Assembly (NCBI RefSeq): GCF_001194135.2 | Contig: NC_068990.1 | Span: 25,625,733 to 25,657,780 of the forward strand | DNA from: Octopus bimaculoides | Lineage: Eukaryota | Direction of reading: 5' to 3' | Length of the DNA: 32,048 bases | Shown here: in pieces, positions 22,376-32,048 of the stretch | Numbering within the stretch: position 1 is the first letter of the stretch | Layout of the letters: every line of letters starts with the position of its first letter | Program-made: the position numbers and the translations under genes | The notes under the pieces: model-generated | Database searches by the model: none | Seen by the model: the letters and a program-made list of their open reading frames with translations, nothing else | Told to the model about the DNA's origin: nothing

Positions 22376-23049
22376 CACTCTCAGAAATGTATAAATGCAA
22401 AATCATTTAAAAATATGCTTTCTAAAGAGAATTACGAGGCAGGAAGAATGATCCAAAACTCAGTAAAAAAAAAAAAATCAATTTTAATTTTTTTTAATAT
22501 CATCAACACAACAGTAATCTACATCCTTGAAAATGTATTTCTACAAAATTTCATGAAAAAATAGGTATTTTTCAGAAAGTTATGAGGGAACACAGTCAGG
22601 GATCATTAATCTGAAATTATGCCTATAAATACAAGTGCATAACAATAGTTATATGTGGAACATTTTCATCATTACAAAAAAAAAAACACTGAAGCAACAG
22701 CATTTCAAATTTTACAAAGATTTTCAGGATTTCCAACCATTTGTCTAAGAACATTTTCTTAACACACCATATTCAAATGGTGACGAGTTACATCAAAAAT
22801 GAACAGACATACTTTTGTTTTTTTGTTTTTAACTTGTTACATCATATGGTAAGAAGCTTGCTCCCCAACCAAATGGATTCAGGTTCAGTCCCACTACATG
22901 GCACCCTAGACAAGTGTCTTCTCTACTGTAGCCCCAGGCCAACTAAAGCCTTGTGAGTGGATTTGGTAGACAGAAACTGTGTTGAAGCCTATCATGTGTG
23001 TGATCGTTATGTTTATATCCACCACTGCTAAACAACTGGTGCTGGTTTG

Positions 23050-23410
23050 TTTATGTCCCAACCGTATGGTTTCAGGTTTAGTCCCTTTGCATGGCACTTT
23101 GGGGCAAGTGTTCTCTATTACAGCCCTGGACCTTGTGAGTGGATTTGATAGACGGAAACTGAAAAGAATCCCATCATGTCTCTCTCACTATATATATATA
23201 TTCTGTGGGTGTGTTTTTGTGCTACGTTTGTCCAACAACATCTTTTGATAACTGGTTTTGGTTTATGTCCTCATAACTTACAGGGTTTAGTCAAAAAAAA
23301 AAAAAAACTTAGTGGTTCAGCAAGTACTGAGCTGGATTCGTTTGACTAAACCCTTTAAGGTGGTGCCCCAACATAGCAGCAGCCCAATGGCTGAAACAAG
23401 ATAAAAGATA
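23050..23410 (+). mobile_element. Family B SINE, near full length
   Basis: ggttcaggtttagtccctttgcatggcactttggggcaagtg... through the tail ...ggctgaaacaagataaaagata. Confidence 0.75.
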
Positions 23411-23419
23411 CACAATCTC

Positions 23420-23737
23420 ATGGTTCCACTGCTCTCATGCTGGTGGCACGTAAAAACTACCAACCGAACGTGGCTGATGCCAGTACCCCCAGACTGGCTC
23501 TTGTGCCGGTGGCATGTAAAAAGTACCATCCAAACGCGGTCTGGCTGGCTCTCATGCTGGTGGCACGTAAAAAGCACCCACTACACTTTTGGAGTGGTTG
23601 GCGTTAGGAAAGGCATCCAGCTGTAGAAACATTGCCAGATCAGATTGGAGCCTGGTTCAGCTGCTGACTCTCCAGACTTCAGTCAAACCGTCCAACCCAT
23701 GCCAGCATGGAAAACAGACGTTAAACGATGATGATGA
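23420..23737 (+). mobile_element. RTE LINE 3' UTR/tail copy with three tandem units
   Basis: Three tgc(t/c)ggtggca(c/t)gtaaaaa units, then the shared tail. Confidence 0.85.
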
Positions 23738-25881
23738 AACTTAATGTGGAATTGCTCTAAGCCTTCAGTAGATAGAAACTACAAATATGAGTGGATAAAA
23801 TATAATTTCGTTAGCATTTGAAGAATTATAAATATATTTTGTTTGCAATTAAAGTTTCATCTTTACAAAAATTTAAACATCCACATTTCTAGTTTTCAGA
23901 AACAATTAACAATACGAAGGCTTCCATCATTGAATAAACATCACTTTTACAATGGAGTCAACTTTAATTAGCTTTGTAAAATAAACACCATATGTTGTTG
24001 TTTAACCCCATGTCAATTCCTAACTGAGGAGACCCACAACCACAGTCATTACTTTTGTTTTCTTGTACAATGTATCTTAGAGTGTATTATCTAACGAGCC
24101 ATTCCCTTTTTAAAAGGTGTGATTTTGAGAAAGATCTGGTTACTAATTCTAGCTCGTCGACCGACCATATAGCTTTAAAATAGGTTTTAAATAAATTCGA
24201 GAAAATGTAAAATTAGAAATAACAGTAGGGATTTAATATTCACCATAATAATACAACTGGGAAATCATTGAAGCTACATCGAAATAACGAAAACCCACAG
24301 AAACCAGAGAGAACGATCTTTCTAGAAAAACCGAAACTACTATTACATTGGTAACTTTACAGGAATTGGTAGGAAACAAAATCAAGTTTTTAAAAAATGT
24401 GTTCAGTTTTGGTTGTTGATTTAAATGAATGACCTCTGGGTACAAACCGAAGGGATTACACAGAAACGATAGGTGAGGGTCACCTAATTTACAAATAATC
24501 CTAAGTGACTATTAAACCAAATTTATTACTGCTTTATGGTCTATTTAATAAATATAAAACATCACACTTAAGAATTTTAGTCGACTTTCAGGGATTCCAC
24601 ACATAGTGTAAATACTTCATGTGCCAATGAAGGAATCTGTGATTATCAAGACTAATTTAACTGACTTAATTACCGTTTCACAGTATATTTTATGAAGAAC
24701 AAAACATCCAGACTTCTGAATTTTTATAGGCATTCAGGAATTCTTGCATGTTTATGTGGTTCCTTTCGTTTTGCACTGGAGGTGGGTGTTTATGAACAGA
24801 TTCAATTCACCCCTAGTAAAGCCCCAAAACAGTCCATGAACATGGGACTTTGATTTCTCCAGTGGAAACTGAATACAAATATCACAAATACTAGAATGGT
24901 ATTTTCTTGTTTAAAAACATTAAATGCAAAAGAAAAAAAGAGGGTGGCTGCTAAATCTGAATGTCTAATTCCGAAGGATGCCTTTTCACTTCAGTTACAT
25001 CCATTACAATTTATTTGGGGGTGGAAAATCAAACGTAGCAAGCACCTGGTCTGTTTCCTATCGTCAATTTTAGAAATTCTTCGCCGGAAAGACAAAATAA
25101 TAATAATAATGATAATAATAAATTTCGCTTATCTCATAATTTGCAGTCCGTTCGCCAAGGATATTTATAATCTATTTTGACCAATAAACACAAGAAATCT
25201 AAGACATATCGAAGAGAAAGAATGTGCAATTCAAGTGGAATGGAATTGAAATGGCTTCAACAAGGAATAATATCAGAGTTGCAGACTCTCGGTTCGTTGA
25301 GAACTTGTACAATATTTTAAGGTGCGTGTACAGAGAAGAAAATAATAGCATGAGTTAACGAAGAATTCCAATTTAATATATTCAATTCTCTCTTATTTCA
25401 TCTGCGAAATTTAAAGCATTTATCGACATGTGCAAACCCAGATGGAAATTTAACCTAATTAAATCTTTTCATGTTGGAATTAATAAACAAATGCAGATAT
25501 TTCTAAATATATTTTATCGTCATTAATTAGTTATTAGAAGTAATAAGAAGTCTACAAATTAAATTCCTTTTGTAGTTTTCGCTCAATTTTATTTTCAATG
25601 GACGGGAAAGAAAAAATTTAATAATTTGATCTTAAAATGTTGAAAACAAAATAACAGACTAGCCTGGAAGATATTGTCTCTGGTCATTAAAATGCGTAAA
25701 AAATAGAGTTAAAGAAGCTAAATTTTATTGGGGAAAACTGTAGGGATGGATAAGAAATGAAATGAATTGTGTGAACGGTGGAAGACTCCACGTTGCTTTC
25801 ACATTGGACCGGCAGACTGAGAGATATGGAAGAGTTTTGCGGTTAAAAATTACAATAAAGACGCATTAAAATGATACTTAC

Positions 25882-26020
25882 TTAAGGTGAAGCTCAAAAG
25901 AAACGAAGGGAATGAAATTTAGCGTGATAATTTGTAAGAGAGATAAAATAAAGAGTGGTTGAAGTTGAGAAATTATAATTCATCCGGCAAAGTTTGATCG
26001 TCAGATAATGGCGCCGCTTA
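25882..26020 (-). other. EIF2S1: Putative non-coding first exon (5' UTR) of EIF2S1
   Basis: Pyrimidine-rich minus-strand stretch ending in a consensus donor TTAA|GTAAGTA at 25881, within a repeat-poor, CpG-retaining zone. The ATG exon is preceded by an acceptor, so an upstream UTR exon is expected. The TSS is not determinable from sequence. Confidence 0.5.
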
Positions 26021-26220
26021 TTAGCTGGGACGTAATTGAGAGGAGAGCCCCAATGAAGGGCAAGTAACTCTAGTGAAACCATTTTTATTAGATCCAAAAT
26101 GACAGTGTTGGAGAATCTATATTATGTTAAAAGCTGATGAAATAGTTTAAATGCATTTCGCTTTAGTTTCTCTGAACTAATATTGATAGAAGTAAAGCGC
26201 ATGCCTCGCCAGGGGGCTCT
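25950..26220. promoter_or_regulatory. Putative EIF2S1 core promoter region
   Basis: Local CpG retention. YY1-like ATAATGGCGCCG at 26005-26016 and partial NRF1-like GCGCATGC at 26197-26204. Confidence 0.4.
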
Positions 26221-26335
26221 AACAATGTTTTGTTGGAGTGTAAGCAAGTAACGAGTCAATACAACTGGCGATAAAGTTTTTTAACTAAAACTTTTTAATA
26301 TATTTATATACATACATATATATATAAGACAATTA

Positions 26336-27225
26336 CAATAAATATGGAGATTAGTACATCTGCCTATTCTTTATTTACCACTGTCAAATATACAACAGAC
26401 TTGGTTTAAATTAGTCTGACGTATGTTTCTGCTGCATAGAAAACTAGCAAGTGTGTTTGCATCCAGCCACTTTCGACTGGTTAGCAGTTTATGCAACTTT
26501 AATCTTCATAGCTAAACACCAGTTGTTTAACAGTAGACAGAAACAACATCTGCAAGAGGACTTTCAAATATTTCCATAGAAGGAACCTATGTAAATACAA
26601 GGGACTAACATGTAAATAGGAGGTGCCTGAGTTTACATAGTAATCTGGTTTGACTTTCAAGTAGTAATCAGAATTCTCCATGAATAAATCTACACATATA
26701 GAACAGCAAAACTGCATATAATCTAAAACTTGATTTACGCCTAGAAAATTTCGATTTGGACTCAAAACTAAGTTCTTTATAACTTATATATTTAATTATA
26801 TCTCATTTAATAGCCAGTAGTTCTACACAATATCTGATGATTACTAATTAATAATCTACTTAAGGTTAGGGTTTTTAATAAGTGTATTTTGACTGAATTA
26901 AAGGTCTGGTATTCTCATTTCAGGTCAGGATGAGGTCAAGCTTGTAGCAGTTTTATGGCCATATCAGGTTTCCTATCTCTCCCTCACATTCTTTTCACTC
27001 AAAAACTATAATAATCTAGCAGGATAGTGCTAGCCAAGCCTACATACATTTAGTTCATTTCAGTGAATAGAGTTGCATAGACTAAAAACCAATCAAAAGT
27101 AGCTGGATGCAAAAGTTTCCTATACAGCAGAAACGTATGTTGGACAAAAATTTTAACCAAATACACAATATAATTGACTGGGAATAAATCAATATACAGA
27201 TGTACTAATCCCCATATTCATTTTA
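26336..27225. repeat. Long diverged inverted repeat (arms ~26336-26500 and ~27065-27225)
   Basis: The arms share ATTAGTACATCTG, GTTTCTGCTG, TTTGCATCCAGC and TATGCAACT in inverted, colinear order. Confidence 0.8.
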
Positions 27226-27592
27226 GTTGTGTTGGATATACACGAGGCAAAATATTTGTAATCTAGCGAAGCGATCCCAGGATTTACCCATCAGAAGAAG
27301 TATGGTGGGATTGCTCACCCTAATTAATCTTAGATGCTCCTTTCAACTGGGCTAAGCCAGAACGGATTATAACTGAGTGATCATACAATACCCGCTCAGA
27401 GTAAAAGGCAGATCCCTATCTATTCATCACACACACACACACACACACACTGATATTGAACAGTGAGAATGAATGCAGAACACTGCATTGGTGGATAAAT
27501 ATTCTCTATTTGTGGGTTAACAGGGCTACTAACGGTTCCATGTAAAGAGAAATCTCTTAACAATTATCACACTTTGGTATTTATCACTACAC

Positions 27593-27628
<36 letters not shown>

Positions 27629-27930
27629 TAACATATGTGTCCATTTATGTTAGAGCATGTGTTTTTTAAGTGGAGTGTAGGGATGGAAACAAAAAGGGTT
27701 GAGGCATTCTTATAGAGCACAGTCGGAAATGATCCAGTGCTCCAGAAACTGTAATTTCTTTGGATGTGTTTTTTTCAAGCATCATAGATTAAGGTCCTGC
27801 AGAAAATGGAAATAAAAAAAACAAAAAGAGAGTGGGTAGGTGATATTTGCACACTTTTCCCCTAGTTTGACTTTTAAAGTTTCAACACCTAAAAATTACA
27901 ATTCTTTAAAAATATACATTACGTAAAAGT

Positions 27931-28318
27931 AGCCTGGGCAAAATAAGAATAGCCTGGGCAAAGTAAGAATAGCCTGGGCAAAGTTTAGAGAGTTCTTACC
28001 TCTGCTGGTGACAAAGGGCCTCTCGCTCAGAGTAAAAGGTAGCTTGTATGACGCATGTGTACGAGCAGCCATGCTACATGGCAGTGAAACATGGGCCATG
28101 ACTGCTGAGAGCATGCGTAAGCTTGCAAGGAATGAAGCCAGTATGCTCCGATGGATGTGTAATGTCAGTGTGCATACTCGACAGAGTGTAAGTACCTTGA
28201 GAGAAAAGTTGGACCTAAGAAGCATCAGATGTGGTGTGCAAGAGAAACAACTGCACTGGTATGGTCATGTGGCAAGAATGGATGAGGATAGATGTGTGAA
28301 AATGTGCCACACCCTAGC
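27931..28318 (+). mobile_element. RTE-type LINE ORF fragment (post-RT region)
   Basis: AWAKFREFLPLLVTKGLSLRVKGSLYDACVRAAMLHGSETW...LHWYGHVARMDEDRCVK. Confidence 0.9.
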
Positions 28319-28901
28319 GGTTTATTTTACATTGCTCCAGTCCACTTAGCTGGCAAAAATGAGTTGTACCTGTAATTCAAAGGGCCAGCCTTGTCACATT
28401 CTGTATCAAGATGAATCTCCCTGAGAACTACATTAAGGGTACATGTGTCTGTGGAGTGCTCAGCCACTTGCACATTAATTTCATGATCATGCTGTTCTGT
28501 TGATTGGATCAACTGGAATTCTTGTCGTAATCGACAGAGTGCCAGTTTTTATATTTACAAGTATTTATCATGGTGACTCTGGGAGAATTAACAGTATATT
28601 TAACACAATAGGATGTGAACTTTGAAATTTGATGTACTATAAATCATGTGATTACCTCAGTATATCTACATAGGTGTGCATTCCACCCACTTAGTTTCTG
28701 CACAACTTTCTGGGAAATAGGTATTTTTTAAAAGAAATTTACTACAAATACCTTTCAGATAGCATACATTATAATCATATCAGAAGTAATAAGAAAAAAG
28801 TAAGAAAAAAACTTGATGAGCAAGTACACACCTTGCATAATTCTTTTCCAAATTTCTAGTTTCATTTTGGAGATACATATGTATGTGTGTGTCAGTATGT
28901 A

Positions 28902-30926
28902 TGTGGTCTAATCAATAAGTTTCTGAACAGTTGCCATAGTAACAAAGCTAAAGCACACAGAGTGAAGCCATTTGGCACAGAATGACCTTAAATTCTGCTA
29001 TGCATGTGCACTAAGTTTTAACGCTTTAACTCACTTCCTCTGTTTACAGCAGTGTTTGGAAGGAAGGTATGTAGTGTGTGATCATTGCATTCATCATCAT
29101 CATCATCATCATCGTTTAACGTCCACTTTCCATGCTAGCATGGGTTGGACGATTTGACTGAGGACTGGTGAAACCGGATGGCAACACCAAGCTCCAGTCT
29201 AATTTGGCAGAGTTTCTACAGCTGGATGCCCTTCCTAACGCCAACCACTCAGAGAGTGTAGTGGGTGCTTTTACGTGTCACCCGCACGAAAACGGCCACG
29301 CTCGAAATGGTGTCTTTTATGTNNNNNNNNNNNNNNNNNNNNNNNNNNNNNNNNNNNNNNNNNNNNNNNNNNNNNNNNNNNNNNNNNNNNNNNNNNNNNN
29401 NNNNNNNNNNNNNNNNNNNNNNNNNNNNNNNNNNNNNNNNNNNNNNNNNNNNNNNNNNNNNNNNNNNNNNNNNNNNNNNNNNNNNNNNNNNNNNNNNNNN
29501 NNNNNNNNNNNNNNNNNNNNNNNNNNNNNNNNNNNNNNNNNNNNNNNNNNNNNNNNNNNNNNNNNNNNNNNNNNNNNNNNNNNNNNNNNNNNNNNNNNNN
29601 NNNNNNNNNNNNNNNNNNNNNNNNNNNNNNNNNNNNNNNNNNNNNNNNNNNNNNNNNNNNNNNNNNNNNNNNNNNNNNNNNNNNNNNNNNNNNNNNNNNN
29701 NNNNNNNNNNNNNNNNNNNNNNNNNNNNNNNNNNNNNNNNNNNNNNNNNNNNNNNNNNNNNNNNNNNNNNNNNNNNNNNNNNNNNNNNNNNNNNNNNNNN
29801 NNNNNNNNNNNNNNNNNNNNNNNNNNNNNNNNNNNNNNNNNNNNNNNNNNNNNNNNNNNNNNNNNNNNNNNNNNNNNNNNNNNNNNNNNNNNNNNNNNNN
29901 NNNNNNNNNNNNNNNNNNNNNNNNNNNNNNNNNNNNNNNNNNNNNNNNNNNNNNNNNNNNNNNNNNNNNNNNNNNNNNNNNNNNNNNNNNNNNNNNNNNN
30001 NNNNNNNNNNNNNNNNNNNCATAAAGTCTGCCTTTTACTCTGAGTGAGAGTCCCTTTGTCGCCAGCAGGGGTAAGAGCTCTCTAAACTTTGCCCAGGCTA
30101 TTCTTATTCTACCAGCTACACTTTCAGCGCACCCACCCCCACTACTAACTTGGTCGCCCAGATAGTGGAAGCTATCGACTACCTCTAGTTTTTCACCCTG
30201 GAATGAGATAGAAGTTGTTCCAGGGTGTGACCATGACAAATAAAGTTGAGCAGAGAATATACATCAAATTTTGCCAAAAGCTTGGCAATACCTGCTCAGA
30301 GGCTTACGCAAAGTTTTGAAAAAGTTTTCATCATTCTTGACACAATCAAGGAGATCTTGTGCAACTGAAACTCGAGTGTCTTTTTGGTCGGCTGAAAGCA
30401 GTTTTGGCACAAACTTGACAGACATGTCTCATACCCAAATCTTCAGTGATAATGGACTGACCTGAACCTAATCTTCACATCCTCTGATAACTCACAGATG
30501 GTGATTCGATGATTTCATCTCACAGCTGCATGCACATCTGCGATGTTTTTCTCAGTTCTGCTGGTTGTGGGTCTCCAAAAACGTTCGTCACTATTGACAT
30601 TTTTTCGGCCATCTTGGAAACGTCTGAACCACTTGTACATTTGTGTGTGGTTCATACACTCCTCTCCATACACTCTCTGCAACATTGCATAGGCCTCTGA
30701 GCAGGTATTGCCATGGCAACTTTCTTTGTCATGGTCAATGCGACAACCAAATGCTACACACCTTCCTTCCAAGCACTGCTGTAAACAGCGAAAGTGAGCT
30801 AGAACTTTAAAACTTAGTGTACATGCACAGCAGAGTCCAAGGTCATTCTGTACCAAGTGGCTGTACTGTGTGTGCTTTAGTTTCGTTACTATGACAACAG
30901 TCCAGATACTTATTGATCAGACCTTG
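28902..30926. mobile_element. Rearranged mariner element with two inward-facing 5' ends (interrupted by an RTE LINE)
   Basis: TA|TGTGGTCTAATCAATAAG at 28900 and CTTATTGATCAGACCTTG|TA at 30928. The plus arm encodes MTNKVEQRIYIKFCQKLGNTCSEAYAK (30233-30315). The minus arm encodes GNTCSEAYAMLQRVYGEECMNHTQMYKWFRRFQDGR...RPTTSRT, a mariner HTH region. Confidence 0.8.
29089..30230 (-). mobile_element. 5'-truncated RTE-type LINE spanning an assembly gap
   Basis: ORF piece GEKLEVVDSFHYLGDQVSSGGGCAESVAGRIRIAWAKFRELLPLLATKGLSLRVKGRLY right of the gap; 3' UTR and (GAT)n tail left of it in the same orientation. Confidence 0.85.
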
Positions 30927-31014
30927 TACGTGAGTGTCATAATGTATGTATGTCTGTATGTGTGTGTGACCACTGATTGTAATTTTTTTCATTTAATTCT
31001 AATATGATTGTAAT

Positions 31015-31410
31015 TTACCCCATCTGAAAGGTGTTTGTAGAAAATTTTATTAAAAGATACCCATTTTTCTAAAAATTATGAGGCAACAAGTTGACTTGAA
31101 TGAATTATCTGAAACTCCTCTCCCCACCACTGTCTCGTCTGGAAAACTTTTGTCACTTAATCTTGATATAATTGAAACCTAAACCATCTGAAAGGAATTT
31201 GTAGAAAATGTTATTTAAAAATACTCATTTTTCTGAAAGCTATGAAGAAATAAAGTCGATTTATATGAATGATCCGAACCTCCTCTCCCCACCCCCTCTG
31301 TAAAATTTTCACTACAAATTCCAATATAATCATAATCTACAGCATATAAAAGGTATTTGTAGGACAATTTCTTGAAATACCCATTTTTCAGAAAGTTATG
31401 AGGAAACAAA
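31015..31410 (+). repeat. Three diverged ~165-bp tandem units
   Basis: Recurring aaaggt.tttgtag.aaa...atacccatttttc.gaaag.tatgaggaaacaaag. Related copies near 22520-22590(+) and 28700-28790(-). Confidence 0.65.
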
Positions 31411-32001
31411 GTCATAGTGGAGTGCACTTGTGCAGGTATTCCATTAGCTCTATACAAACAATCCAGATAATAAAAATTGGGGGTGAGGGGATAAAATAGA
31501 TTGTCAGAAGACAAAGTCTGCCGTCATTGACAGACATTGAAATGATAAGATCTTTATTGACCAAATCCAAGCAATATCAAATCGGTTTATTTTTATTATT
31601 ATTTTCCTTTTTTTTCTTTACATTTTCGTGTAAATTCTGGAAAGAATCCAGATTTTGGCTGTTTTAGGAGGAAATACTTTTCTTGTGGTCAACCAAATTA
31701 CTAACTACCATTTAGTTTGAACCAATTGTATTTTAGCTCTGAGTCCGATTACTTTTTTGTTTAGGTGTTACGAGTCACCCTGTTACTTAAATACCAAGTA
31801 ATTTACATGCGTAAAGAGATTGAAAGATAATAAACACACACACACACATATATTAGAAGGTTTGGAGGTGATGTACAGGAATTATATATTAGAAAAAGTA
31901 AGGTACTCAGATATCTGGATGGTTGTACATTTACAGATTTCTATTAATATATCACATGTTTTTATAAGTTAGCGCTTGCATCTATTCTTGTCGATTCTCC
32001 A

Positions 32002-32048
<47 letters not shown>

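Noticed and set aside
26499-26765. 88-aa minus-strand ORF in the inverted-repeat spacer
   Set aside because: No recognisable domain, transposase motif or splice support.
29168-30239. Long ORFs of 249-322 aa in the ORF track
   Set aside because: Artefacts of translating the N gap; only the RTE segment at 30020-30230 is real.

Overview
AT-rich, repeat-dense eukaryotic genomic DNA with two assembly gaps (5315-5384, 29323-30019). The repeat sequences resemble those I recall from Octopus (coleoid cephalopod) assemblies; this is inference, not a database result. The window holds one complete protein-coding gene on the minus strand: translation initiation factor eIF2-alpha (EIF2S1). It has 7 coding exons (11727-11490, 8323-8244, 7364-7216, 5309-5203, 4630-4533, 3764-3621, 1185-1045), totalling 957 nt or 318 aa, all with GT-AG junctions in compatible phase. 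A probable non-coding first exon and promoter lie near 25.9-26.2 kb. Introns and flanks contain RTE-type LINE fragments and 3' tails, three tRNA-headed SINE-like families, mariner remnants, TTAA-flanked MITEs and a Penelope-like (GIY-YIG) fragment. The most notable observation is a module directly downstream of the Penelope-like ORF stop. It couples a tRNA-like Pol III promoter (A and B boxes) to a minimal type I hammerhead ribozyme and a 3' hairpin. It occurs in five full or partial copies, including an inverted pair beside an EIF2S1 splice donor. Repeat boundaries were read by eye and are approximate.
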